Notes: generated by a model not told the origin, from the sequence alone. A stretch of 19,272 bases of DNA from Candidatus Latescibacteria bacterium 4484_181 (GCA_002049985.1 MVCY01000057.1:1-19272), one strand, 5' to 3'; shown: positions 1 to 9,529, numbered from the stretch's first letter. A program made the numbers and translations.

Positions 1-21
1 TTGAAAGGCAAACTTGTTCAT
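1..21 (-). CDS. 5' end of the next dcw-cluster gene (only the first 7 codons, MNKFAFQ, lie in the window); identity unknown
   Basis: ATG at 21..19 on the minus strand, one nucleotide after the murC stop (25..23). The operon-style spacing suggests the cluster continues. Too short to identify. Confidence 0.3.
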
Positions 22-22
22 C

Positions 23-1218
23 CTAACCTCTTTTCAATAGATTAAGAAACTCCTCTGCTGTCTTCCAAATATCGCCCGCACCAAAAGTGATTACCAAATC
101 TCCTGGCCGGGTAATCTGGAGCAGATACCCTGCAATTTCCGCTTTTTCGCGTATATAAGTAACAGCTGGATGACCACGTTTTCTGGCAGCGGCGGCTACG
201 AGTTCGCCGCTTACCTCAGGAATGGGAGGCTCCCTGGCGGGGTAGATATCTGTAACTACTATCACATCGGAGACAGACAGCGCCCGGCCGAAATCTTGGT
301 GGAAATCCCTGGTGCGGCTATAAAGATGTGGCTGCGGCAATCTCAGTAGGATGGTGTGCATAGTCATCTACTATGGTGATGCCTCTGACTGTACCTTTCA
401 CTTCGAATCTCCGGTGTACACCGCTGAATTCCTCCAAGGCCTTTTTAATCTTTTCGAATTTTATCTGTAGTTCCAGCCCTACAGCGGCTGCAGCCAGAGC
501 ATTTTTAATATTGTGAACCCCCGGGACCCGTAACCTGATCCCCCCAAGGTTCTCTCCTCGATAACAGAGGTTAAAGCTTCACGAACTCCAAGAACGCCGA
601 TTTGATCTGAGCCAGGTCTTTGTAGCAGTCCAGGTGGTCGGTCTCTATGTTGGTCACCACTGCCACGGTGGGAATGAGCTGTAGAAAGGAGCGGTCGAAC
701 TCATCGGCTTCGGCCACTAAGAATTCGCTGTTCCCCAGTTTTGCGTTTGTACCCAAACTGCGGATGCGGCCCCCAACAATTATGGTAGGGTCCAGTCCAC
801 CCTGGGTTAAGACGCGCCCTGTCATCCAAGCGGTGGTGGTCTTGCCATGGGTGCCAGCAATACCGATGCCGTACTTCATTCGCATCAGCTCTCCTAACAT
901 CTCGGCGCGCCGGATGATCGGTATCTTTCTCTCCCTGGCCCTTACCAGCTCTGGGTTAGAAGATTTAACCGCTGAGGAGTAAACCACTATATCTGCTCCC
1001 TCAACATTCTCTGGCTTATGACCTTCGGTAACTTTAATATCCAAGGACTCTAAATGCTCGGTGATAGACGTTTTCTTAAGGTCAGAGCCAGTCACTCGAT
1101 GCCCAAGGTTGTGAAGCACCTCAGCGATTCCACTCATTCCGATGCCGCCAATACCCACAAAATGAATATTCCTGATCCGCTTCAGCATCGGTTTTTTGTC
1201 TGAAGGAGTTCTCTGCAT
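23..1218 (-). pseudogene. murC: UDP-N-acetylmuramate--L-alanine ligase MurC, disrupted. N-terminal fragment 574..1218, internal out-of-frame fragment about 321..570, C-terminal fragment 26..367
   Basis: The N-terminal ORF has GIGGIGMSG, the GTHGKTTT P-loop and the TNIETDHLD motif, and ends at TAA 573..571 right after ...AFLEFVKL. The next frame reads ...VPGVHNIKNALAAAAVGLEL...RRFEVKG...ITIVDDYAHHPTEI and then hits a stop at 320..318. The third frame continues QPHLYSRTRDF...DIYPAREPPIPEVSG...ITFGAGDI to the stop at 25..23. Compared with E. coli and B. subtilis MurC, about 55-60 residues are missing between FLxxL and PGxHN, and about 18 between DDYAHHPTEI and QPHxYSRT. Confidence 0.8.
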
Positions 1219-1280
1219 AATACTTTTTGCTCTTCATACTATCTTAGTTTTCTCATCCCATCATTATTTAAAAAATCCAT

Positions 1281-2384
1281 CTATATCAGGCCATTCTTTA
1301 TCATTGTGCTGACAATAAGCTCTGCAGCTCTCGGGCGAGCTAACTTCCTGCTATTCTCAGCCATCTGCTGAAGTTCTCTTTTGTTATTTAACAATTCCCT
1401 GATGATGGTGGCAAGGCGTCTGCCATTCAACTCTCTGTCTGCGATTAGACGGCAAGCTCCGGCTTCAAGCAATACCCGGGCATTCTGTTGCTGGTGAAAT
1501 CTGGTGGCATATGGATAAGGGACTAGAATCGAGGGTAACCCGCATCTGGTCAATTCTGCAATAGTTGTGGCCCCTGATCTGGATATAACCAGGTCTGCCG
1601 CCCCCAACGCAGAGGCCATATCAACAATAAAGTCCCAAACAATAACAGGTAAACTAAAAGAGCGCGTCTTTTTTTTCACCTTGGGGTAATCCTTCTTGCC
1701 CGTCTGCCAGAGAATCTGAAGGTTACTGGCCCCGGAAAGCTCCCCGAGTGCCTCCAGCAGCGCCTGGTTGATTCTGCTAGCCCCTTGACTGCCTCCGAAA
1801 ACGAGCACAGTTTTCTTAGAGCTATCCAAGCCCAGCCTCCTGTGTGCCTCCGGTCTTGTGACCGTACCTATCTCTCTTCTAGTCGGATTGCCGCACACTA
1901 CCAGATTGTGGTAATTGGAGAGATATTTCTTTGTTTGCTCAAAGCTTACATTGACCTGTCGGGCAATCCTGGTCAGCATTCTGGTGGTTACTCCGGGCAG
2001 AAGGTTCTGCTCCTGAATAACCACTGGTATCCCCAGGAGCCAGGCAGTGGTCAACACCGGCCCGCTGGCGTATCCTCCCGTCCCTATCGCCACTCGAGGA
2101 CGATAGGTGATCACTATCCAGGCCGCCTGGAGGGTTCCCACCACCAACACCATCGGGAACATGAGAGCTCGCAGGGAAAACCCTCTGGGCAAGCTCCAAG
2201 CAGCTATAGTCTTAAACCTATACCCTGTCTGAGAGACCAGTTGGGTTTGCATCCCCCGGCGTGCGCCCACGAACAGTATCTGTGCTTCGGGATATCTACT
2301 TTTTATCTCATCGGCAATTGCAACAGCAGGGAATATATGTCCTCCTGTTCCTCCAGCGGCAAAAAGCACCCTCAGCCCTGCCAT
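1281..2384 (-). CDS. murG: MurG, undecaprenyldiphospho-muramoylpentapeptide beta-N-acetylglucosaminyltransferase (367 aa, looks intact)
   Basis: N-terminal glycine loop FAAGGTGGHIFPA, GT-B fold length, and position between ftsW and murC. Starts at ATG 2384. Confidence 0.9.
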   Translation of the reverse strand: MAGLRVLFAAGGTGGHIFPAVAIADEIKSRYPEAQILFVGARRGMQTQLVSQTGYRFKTIAAWSLPRGFSLRALMFPMVLVVGTLQAAWIVITYRPRVAIGTGGYASGPVLTTAWLLGIPVVIQEQNLLPGVTTRMLTRIARQVNVSFEQTKKYLSNYHNLVVCGNPTRREIGTVTRPEAHRRLGLDSSKKTVLVFGGSQGASRINQALLEALGELSGASNLQILWQTGKKDYPKVKKKTRSFSLPVIVWDFIVDMASALGAADLVISRSGATTIAELTRCGLPSILVPYPYATRFHQQQNARVLLEAGACRLIADRELNGRRLATIIRELLNNKRELQQMAENSRKLARPRAAELIVSTMIKNGLI

Positions 2385-2463
2385 ACCTGTTTTCCCTTCC
2401 TAGAAATACTGAGTAATATCCCTGTGCTTGCCAAAGAGGCAAGCAAAGAAGAGCCCCCATAGC

Positions 2464-3324
2464 TTATGAACGGCAGCGGTAATCCATAGCCACCGTTCCG
2501 ATAAAACCCCATTCTTCCCCTATTATGGAGTAGATAAAGTCGGTGTGGGGGGCAGGCAAGAAGAGGAATTTCTGCCTGCTGTGACCCAGTCCCAATCCCC
2601 GCAGACCCCCGCTCCCCAGCGCTACAAGCGATTGATACGTTTGGTAATTTATACCTTGAAGATTTTCTGCTGGATGCAAAAAGGCCTTCAGTCTGGCCAA
2701 TCTGTAGCCTACCTGAGATATAGAAAGATAGATAACGGGAACCGCTGCCAATACAAGACCTCCTAAATGGAGAAGCTTTATTCCGGCCAAGAAGAACATA
2801 GCCGTGACTACCGTCATAATGGCCACAGCGGTACCTAAAGCCGGCTCCAAGATAATCAAACCCACGGCCATAAGGAGAATCAATAGATGGGGTAGGAACC
2901 CCCAGACAAAACTCTTTATTCGATCCTGTCGCCTCGCCAGTGAATCAGCCATATAGATGATCAATGCGACTTTCATAAATTCCGAGGGTTGAAAATTGAA
3001 CCTGCCAATGTGAATCCAGCGGCAGACCTTTTGAGGCTGACCTGTAAACTTCGGCATTAACACCAGCACCAAGAGAAGAAATCCCAACAGCAGAAGAGAT
3101 ATTGCCGCTGTGCCAGAAAGCTTGCTGTAGTCAGTAAGCGAGGCCAGAATCATCACCGATGTCCCCAGTAGAACTATAAATAGATGCTTCTTCAGAAAGA
3201 AACTGCTGTCTTGGTACTTCACCTCCGAGATCACCGAACTGGAGCTGTAAACCATCACCACCCCTATTCCCACCAGTACTATAGTGACGGCTAATAGTGT
3301 GAGGTCAACGGAATTCTCCTTCAC
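2464..3324 (-). CDS. ftsW: FtsW (SEDS-family lipid II flippase/polymerase), C-terminally truncated at 286 aa
   Basis: Multi-TM protein with the SEDS motif ...PAPHTDFIYSIIGEEWGFIG, but the ORF stops about 10 residues later (DYRCRS*). The last two TM helices and the conserved PTKG..TLPF(I/L)SYGGSS block are absent. Only 79 nt separate the stop from the murG start, so the missing ~80 codons are not present in any frame. GTG start at 3324 is preceded by the Shine-Dalgarno-like run GGGGGAG. Confidence 0.75.
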   Translation of the reverse strand: MKENSVDLTLLAVTIVLVGIGVVMVYSSSSVISEVKYQDSSFFLKKHLFIVLLGTSVMILASLTDYSKLSGTAAISLLLLGFLLLVLVLMPKFTGQPQKVCRWIHIGRFNFQPSEFMKVALIIYMADSLARRQDRIKSFVWGFLPHLLILLMAVGLIILEPALGTAVAIMTVVTAMFFLAGIKLLHLGGLVLAAVPVIYLSISQVGYRLARLKAFLHPAENLQGINYQTYQSLVALGSGGLRGLGLGHSRQKFLFLPAPHTDFIYSIIGEEWGFIGTVAMDYRCRS

Positions 3325-3364
3325 TTTCTCCCCCTTCCAGGCATGGAAGAAAACCCCGCCGCTT

Positions 3365-4453
3365 TTATCTGATCTTAAGCGTACTTAAACTGAGCAGGGC
3401 AAAAAGTAGCCCCAGGATCCAGAAACGGATAACAATTTTAGATTCTCTCCACCCCTTGAGCTCAAAATGATGATGGATGGGAGCCATTAGAAATACCCTT
3501 CTTCCTCGCCACTTGAAGGAGGCAACCTGGATTATAACCGAAAGCGCCTCGATCACAAATACTCCTCCAATAATCACCAACAGTAACTCTTGCTTCACCA
3601 AGACAGCCACTATAGCCAGAGCTCCTCCTAAGGCCAGGGCGCCTGTATCCCCCATAAATACCTGGGCAGGATGAGCATTATACCACAGGAAACCCAGACA
3701 AGCACCTAAGGCGGACAGACAAAAGACCGTCAGCTCTCCTACTCCGGGCAGATAGAGGATATTCAGGTAATGGCTGAATACACTGTGGCCGCTCACATAA
3801 CTAAAAGCAGCGTAAGCGGCCACCGCAATGCCCACCAGCCCAATGGCTAACCCATCCAGACCATCGGTTAGATTGACCGCGTTAGAAGTCCCTGTGACCA
3901 CAAGGACTACTAAAGGGATGTAGAGCCAATGAAAATCAATAAGATAATTCTTTAAGAAAGGCAAATTTGTCTTAGTTGCCACCTGTTCAGAAAGAGGGTA
4001 AAGATAGAGAATGAGTCCAATTGTGAGACCTAAGCCAATCTGACCTAAAAGTTTGTATCTGCCAACTAATCCTTTGGGTGTTTTCTTGACCGTCTTAAGG
4101 TAGTCATCGACAAGGCCCACTGCGCCCATCCAAACTGTGGAGAAAAGAACCAGAAGCACGTATCGATTGGACAGATCCGCCCACAGGAGCGTGGGGAGAA
4201 CGATAGCCAGAAGGATTAGGATTCCTCCCATTGTTGGGGTCCCTTGCTTGGACCGATGCTCCTTTGGTACATAGCGGTTGATTTGCTCGCACAGTTGACG
4301 ACTCTTGAGTTTGCCGATAACCCAGGGACCGAAGACAAAACTCACAAGCAGGGCCGTTATGGCTGCATAGGCTGATCTAAAAGTTATATATCTGAAAATA
4401 TTAAAACCGGAGAAATACTTCAATAAGACCTTGTAAAAAAGACAATAAAACAT
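3365..4453 (-). CDS. mraY: MraY, phospho-N-acetylmuramoyl-pentapeptide transferase (362 aa, looks intact)
   Basis: Polytopic membrane protein with the motifs GLVDDYLK, NAVNLTDGLDGLA and APIHHHFE. ATG at 4453 is preceded by the Shine-Dalgarno-like GAAAGGGG. Confidence 0.9.
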   Translation of the reverse strand: MFYCLFYKVLLKYFSGFNIFRYITFRSAYAAITALLVSFVFGPWVIGKLKSRQLCEQINRYVPKEHRSKQGTPTMGGILILLAIVLPTLLWADLSNRYVLLVLFSTVWMGAVGLVDDYLKTVKKTPKGLVGRYKLLGQIGLGLTIGLILYLYPLSEQVATKTNLPFLKNYLIDFHWLYIPLVVLVVTGTSNAVNLTDGLDGLAIGLVGIAVAAYAAFSYVSGHSVFSHYLNILYLPGVGELTVFCLSALGACLGFLWYNAHPAQVFMGDTGALALGGALAIVAVLVKQELLLVIIGGVFVIEALSVIIQVASFKWRGRRVFLMAPIHHHFELKGWRESKIVIRFWILGLLFALLSLSTLKIR

Positions 4454-4532
4454 ATTTTTCCCCTTTCATGCCAAATATAGGCGAAACCCGCCAGAAGAGA
4501 TCACCAACGCCCCTCTGCTCTTCTCCCACATT

Positions 4533-5792
4533 TCACCGGTACTTGCCACAGTCTATATTTTCCATAATCTCTTCCATTCTCAGCCTCCGGGAACCTTTGA
4601 TCAAAATCACATCTCCCTCTCTCAAAAACTGGGAAAGCCACTCCGAAACTTCCTGGTTATCTTGGAAGTGCCTGGTCTTTCCGGTCATCCCCAGACTATC
4701 TGCCTTATGGGACGCCAGCTTCGACAATTCTCCCACGGTCAACAGATAGTCAATACTGCTTTCTGCCACATACTGGCCAATCTGTTCGTGAGCCTGTGGG
4801 CCGTGCTCTCCCAGTTCTAACATATCTCCCAACACAGCAATTCGTCGCCCTCACAGCAATTCGTCGCCCTTGAGGTTTAACTTCCAGAGAAATAAGCAAT
4901 TGCAGTGCAGCTTTTGTCGAATCAGGGTTGGCATTATAGGTGTCATTGATGAATCTGACACCGCCTTTGTCCAGCATCTGGCATCTGAGGGCCGGGGGCC
5001 GAACCAGCAGAGGACTTCTGCCTGGAGATCCGTCCTGGCCTTGATTCCAAACCCTACAAATCTTCCCTTAACTTCACTACTTATGGCCTGCAGGTATGGG
5101 TCGTCCATATTGAGCACCACAGGGCCTGAGTTGTTCAGATATCTTATCAGCTCTGCCTTGGACTGCGCTATCTGCTGGATGGTGCCGAAACCCTCAAGGT
5201 GAGCCGGGCCGATGTTAGTAATAAGACCCGTCTCAGGGGCAGCTAACTCTGCCAGTCGTCCTATTTCCCCCGGGGCACTTGCCCCTAACTCTACCACCCC
5301 AAACTCATGTTGAGGAGAAAGCCGTAAGAGCGTGAGGGGAAGACCAATGTGGTTGTTAAGATTACCCTCCGTCTTAAGTACCCGGAACCGGGTGCCCAGA
5401 ATCTCCGCAGTCATATCCTTAGTGGTAGTTTTGCCATTTGTCCCTGTAATAGCAACAAAGGGGATAGGGAATCTTCTCCTATAGGAGGCTGCCAGTCTTT
5501 GTAGAGCCAGCAAGGGATCATCCACCCTGATCAGCAATCCATCACTTTCTGCCAGCTTCGGATAATCTCGCCGGACAATGGCTGCACTGGCCCCTTTCTT
5601 GAGTGCCTGGGGCACAAACTGGTGCCCATCGAATCTTTCCCCTTTGAGGGCAAAGAATACCTGACCCCTCTGGAGTGTTCGGGAGTCTATGGAAACGCCT
5701 TGCGGTTTCCGGCTCAGAGAGGATGGAACAGAATTCCCTTCTGCCTGACCACCAACATCAACAATAATCTCTTCTATCGAAAGTCCCTTCAT
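4533..5792 (-). pseudogene. murF: UDP-MurNAc-pentapeptide synthetase MurF, split over three reading frames (about 5009..5792, about 4870..4977, 4536..4832)
   Basis: Frame 1 has the GTNGKTTT P-loop and reads through ...VGFGIKARTDLQAEVL. Frame 2 reads LDKGGVRFINDTYNANPDSTKAALQLL...GRRIAV. Frame 3 reads LGDMLELG...VILIKGSRR to the stop at 4535..4533. The 2-to-3 shift is caused by a perfect 19-bp tandem duplication. The 1-to-2 junction also lacks about 70 residues compared with E. coli MurF. Confidence 0.8.
4833..4870. repeat. Perfect 19-bp tandem duplication (cacagcaattcgtcgccct x2) inside murF
   Basis: Copy one is 4833..4851 and copy two is 4852..4870, identical. Removing one copy restores the MurF reading frame (...GRRIAVLGDMLELGEHG...). 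Confidence 0.9.
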
Positions 5793-7252
5793 AGTTCAGC
5801 CTGCAGAATTTCCCTCACTACCTGACGGTCGTCGAAGGGAAGAATTCGGTCTCGGATTATCTGGTAATTTTCGTGTCCTTTGCCAGCAATGACCACCGCA
5901 TCTGCCTTCTGGGCAATCTTCAGGGCAGAGGCAATCGCTTCTCTGCGGTCAGGCACGATCTGATAGGCCCCTTTCTTCATGCCATCAGTGATCTGTTTGA
6001 TGATCTGGTCAGGGTCTTCATTGCGAGGGTTATCAGAAGTAACGAAGCACAGGTCCGCCATCTGCGAGGCAACTTTTCCCATTAGCTGACGCTTGCCTTT
6101 GTCTCGATCGCCCCCACAGCCGAAAACCAAGATAACGCGGCCAGATGTCAGCTCTCTTATTGTCCCCAGCAGCGCCTCTAAAGCACCTGGGGTGTGAGCA
6201 TAGTCAACGGTCACTGAAAATGGTTGACCGCAATCTATTTGTTCAAAGCGACCGGGAATTTTCTCTATCTTTCCGATCGCCTCACCGATGGAGTCCAATT
6301 CGAAGCCGTTCACAAACCCCACTCCGATTGCTGCCAGAATATTCGTGACGTTAAACTTCCCTTTTAGACTTGACCTCACCCTAAGTCCTCCTCCTGGGGT
6401 TTTCACCAGAAGTTTTATCCCTTCCCAGTCAAGTTTGAAGTCAAGCGGATGGATCATCGCCTTCTGGGAGAGACCATAGGTCAGCACTGGTGCTTCTGTC
6501 CAGCGGAGGATCCATCCAGAGGCGGGGTCGTCTATGTTGACCACCGCATGGGCCCCGTCTGATACATCTAAGCTCCTGAACAGTTTACCCTTAGCCTTCA
6601 AATACTCTTCATAGCTTCTGTGAAAGTCGAGGTGGTCTCTGCTTAGATTTGTGAAAACAGCGGTTTGGAACCTAATACCATAGACCCTGTCTAATGCGAG
6701 GGCATGAGAGGAAACCTCCACTGCTGCCGCCTGCTGTCCGGACTCCAACATCCTCGCTAACATTCGGTTTAAGTCTAAGGACTCAGGGGTAGTTCTACTG
6801 GCAGCAAAAGAGTGCCCGCCCACCTGGTAGTTGATGGTGCCGACAAGTCCGGTTCTGATACCCATTCCTTCAAATAACTCTCTCACCAGGACCGAAACTG
6901 TGGTCTTACCATTTGTCCCAGTGATGCCCACTAGCTGCATCTTCCGAGAGGGATGTCCATAGAACTCATCTGATAAGATAGCAAGCGCCCTCCGAGAGTC
7001 AGGGACTTTGACGAAAGTTGCCTTCGTCGACTTTCGTGAGACGTCTTCGTGCTCCAAAACAACAGCTCTGGCACCTCTGGCCAGAGCTTCATCTATGAAC
7101 TTGTGCCCATTGGTCTGAAAACCCTTGATGGCGACAAAAAGGTCTCCTTCTGCCGTATCTCTGGAGTCATATTCGATCTTTTTTACCTCAATATGAGGGT
7201 CTCCACTCACCACTGCCTCTGGCAGCGACTTGAGTAAGGAACTGAGCTTCAC
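5789..7252 (-). CDS. murE: MurE, UDP-MurNAc-tripeptide ligase adding the third residue (487 aa, looks intact)
   Basis: GITGTNGKTT P-loop, a DNPR-containing C-terminal domain and Mur-ligase length. GTG start at 7252. The stop overlaps the murF start (ATGA at 5789..5792), which indicates translational coupling. Confidence 0.9.
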   Translation of the reverse strand: MKLSSLLKSLPEAVVSGDPHIEVKKIEYDSRDTAEGDLFVAIKGFQTNGHKFIDEALARGARAVVLEHEDVSRKSTKATFVKVPDSRRALAILSDEFYGHPSRKMQLVGITGTNGKTTVSVLVRELFEGMGIRTGLVGTINYQVGGHSFAASRTTPESLDLNRMLARMLESGQQAAAVEVSSHALALDRVYGIRFQTAVFTNLSRDHLDFHRSYEEYLKAKGKLFRSLDVSDGAHAVVNIDDPASGWILRWTEAPVLTYGLSQKAMIHPLDFKLDWEGIKLLVKTPGGGLRVRSSLKGKFNVTNILAAIGVGFVNGFELDSIGEAIGKIEKIPGRFEQIDCGQPFSVTVDYAHTPGALEALLGTIRELTSGRVILVFGCGGDRDKGKRQLMGKVASQMADLCFVTSDNPRNEDPDQIIKQITDGMKKGAYQIVPDRREAIASALKIAQKADAVVIAGKGHENYQIIRDRILPFDDRQVVREILQAEL

Positions 7253-7277
7253 TGTGATCTACCTTTGATTATGGCGG

Positions 7278-9245
7278 TTACTGTAAACCGTTTTCTGCCT
7301 CAATTAAGCAGACTGTGCCGGCTTTGACCTTAACTCCTGCCGGGGGGATTTGTCTTCGTACAACACCTGTGCCGACAATCTTCACCTTTATTCTCTGGCG
7401 GTGGAGGAGATCTACTGCTTCCCTGAGGCTCATCCCGGTCACTCTGGGCATGAGATGACCCCCATCACCATGGTCTGCATAAGCCCGTGATTGATTTCTA
7501 GTTTGCATTTCTAAGGGGGAGGAAATGAGAGAATCGGTGCGGACTGCAAGTGTTGCCGACTTTCCCCTTATCGGGCAGTCATTTAAACTGAGGATGCGGC
7601 TGATGATTCTCTTAAAAGTGGGGGCAGCTACCTGTCCGGCCCAGTGATTTTTTTGCGGTTCATCAATGCTCACCAAGCAAAGCAGCTGAGGCTCCTCGGC
7701 TGGTAGAAATCCTACAAAGGAACAGATTACCTTTTGAGGGTCGTATCCCCGGCCATTCTGTCGGCTTTTCTGCGCAGTGCCTGTTTTACCAGCTATGGAG
7801 AAGCCTTCTATCTTGGCCTCAACTCCGGTGCCCGACTCTACCACATCGCACAGAATTTCGGTAACTGTCCTAGCGGTTTTCTCTGAAACCACCTTTCGTA
7901 CCACCTCAGGAGATTGTTCCTTTATGAGCTTACCGTCTTTGCTGCTAATAGCCTTAAGGACATAGGGTTTCATCAAATATCCCCCGTTGGCAATAGCGCA
8001 GTAGGCGGTGGCGAGCTGAAGAGGGGTGGCGGATATCTCCTGCCCTATAGCTATTGTAGCCAGCGACCTCTTAGACCAAGAAGACGGGTGGTGCACAATT
8101 CCCTTTGCCTCACCTGGCAGTCCGATCCCGGTTCTGGTACCAAAGCCAAAGGCTCGGATGTAGTGGTAGAATCGCTTTTCACCGACCGCCTGAGCTATCT
8201 TTATCGCTCCGATATTGCTGGAGTGTTTAATCACATCCTTAAGGGTGAGCCATCCATAGCTGTGCCAGTCATGGATAGTCCCGCCGGCCACTTTCATCTT
8301 GCCGTTTTCACAGAAGATAAGGTCTGTGGGGTTCCTCAACCCCTCCTCCAAAACAGCTGAAATAGCAACCACTTTAAAGATAGAGCCGGGTTCGAAACAG
8401 TCCCTAATCGCTCTGTTCTTCCTGTTCCCTGGATTACAGGAAGCAGGATGATTAGGATCGTAAGAGGGAACGGAGGCCATTGCTAGAACTTCACCAGTCT
8501 TAGGGTTCATAATGAGAGCTGTTGCCGCCTTTGCGTCAAAACGGCGGACAGCGGCTTCTAACTCCTCTTCGGCGATGGCCTGGTATCTGGAGTCTATTGT
8601 CAGGACAACATTAAGGCCGTCGCGGGCTCCTTTTGGGCTATTCCCAAAGATAGAGAGCTTTCTTCCCCAAGCATCGACTCCCGAGACCGCCCATCCGTTA
8701 GTGCTTCGTAAGTACTTGTCAAAAGCGAATTCTACCCCTTCAATCCCCCGATTGTCGACATCGGTGCCCCCTATGAGTTGTCCTGCCACAGAACCCAGAG
8801 GATAGTTTCGCTTCGCCTCTTCTATCTCTCTTATTTCTGTCAGATTCAGAGAGTCGAGCCTTCTTGCTATCTTCCAGTCCAGCTTTCTGGCTAACCAGAC
8901 AAACGATCCCTTATGCTTTAGCCGTCTGAGAAACAGACTCTCGGGTTTCTCCGTGAGAGTGGAAAGACAAGCAGCTACTTTAGCCGGATGTTCTATCTCC
9001 ATCGGATTGGCTGCTAAAGAACGGGTAGAAATGTCGACGGCCAGACTGACACCATTTCGGTCCAGGATATTGCCCCGCTTGCCTCGCAGACTGATTCTCT
9101 GCTCACTCTGCCTTTTGCTCTTCCGCAAATAGGTCTTGCCGTTGAGCAATTGAATGTGGATCAGACGATTTGTTAAAAATAGCCAAACAATAACGATAAT
9201 GAGCCCTACGAGATAAAGCTTAGCTACATAAACTCGTTCCTTCAT
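7278..9245 (-). CDS. ftsI: FtsI-type class B penicillin-binding protein with a C-terminal PASTA domain (655 aa)
   Basis: N-terminal TM helix, a dimerisation domain, the transpeptidase motifs SIFK (SxxK), SSN and KTGT, and a C-terminal PASTA-like ~65-aa module. Confidence 0.9.
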   Translation of the reverse strand: MKERVYVAKLYLVGLIIVIVWLFLTNRLIHIQLLNGKTYLRKSKRQSEQRISLRGKRGNILDRNGVSLAVDISTRSLAANPMEIEHPAKVAACLSTLTEKPESLFLRRLKHKGSFVWLARKLDWKIARRLDSLNLTEIREIEEAKRNYPLGSVAGQLIGGTDVDNRGIEGVEFAFDKYLRSTNGWAVSGVDAWGRKLSIFGNSPKGARDGLNVVLTIDSRYQAIAEEELEAAVRRFDAKAATALIMNPKTGEVLAMASVPSYDPNHPASCNPGNRKNRAIRDCFEPGSIFKVVAISAVLEEGLRNPTDLIFCENGKMKVAGGTIHDWHSYGWLTLKDVIKHSSNIGAIKIAQAVGEKRFYHYIRAFGFGTRTGIGLPGEAKGIVHHPSSWSKRSLATIAIGQEISATPLQLATAYCAIANGGYLMKPYVLKAISSKDGKLIKEQSPEVVRKVVSEKTARTVTEILCDVVESGTGVEAKIEGFSIAGKTGTAQKSRQNGRGYDPQKVICSFVGFLPAEEPQLLCLVSIDEPQKNHWAGQVAAPTFKRIISRILSLNDCPIRGKSATLAVRTDSLISSPLEMQTRNQSRAYADHGDGGHLMPRVTGMSLREAVDLLHRQRIKVKIVGTGVVRRQIPPAGVKVKAGTVCLIEAENGLQ

Positions 9246-9247
9246 CG

Positions 9248-9529
9248 TTATTCTCTTAGTTCCACAAGAAGTTCCTCTGGTGGAGCGTCAGGGGGAAACA
9301 TTCCCAGTTTTTCTGAGGCTATTTTTTTGACCCTCGAGGCACCGGACAAACGAGCTATCTGGGTCTGTAGATGTCTTTTCTCCTCAATCAGTTTTTGCTT
9401 CTGAAGATATAGGGCATCGATCTCCTTTTTCAGGCTGGTCACTGTCACCTGTTCCCAGACATACGCTAACATACCCGCTACTAAAATAATGAACAGCAAA
9501 ACAAACCTCACAAATGTTTGCCGTTTCAT
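9248..9529 (-). CDS. ftsL: FtsL-like cell division protein (93 aa, one TM helix plus coiled coil)
   Basis: Small bitopic protein with a leucine-rich heptad region, sitting exactly between rsmH and ftsI. Its start overlaps the rsmH stop (ATGA at 9526..9529). Confidence 0.6.
   Translation of the reverse strand: MKRQTFVRFVLLFIILVAGMLAYVWEQVTVTSLKKEIDALYLQKQKLIEEKRHLQTQIARLSGASRVKKIASEKLGMFPPDAPPEELLVELRE

Noticed and set aside
1785-2462. 225-aa plus-strand ORF antisense to murG (similar long antisense ORFs at 7914..8360 opposite ftsI and 17930..18607 opposite XPB)
   Set aside because: The translations are low-complexity (Ser/Pro/Gly/His-rich) with no recognisable domain. They fall entirely inside well-supported genes on the other strand, which is typical of spurious antisense ORFs in GC-balanced coding sequence.
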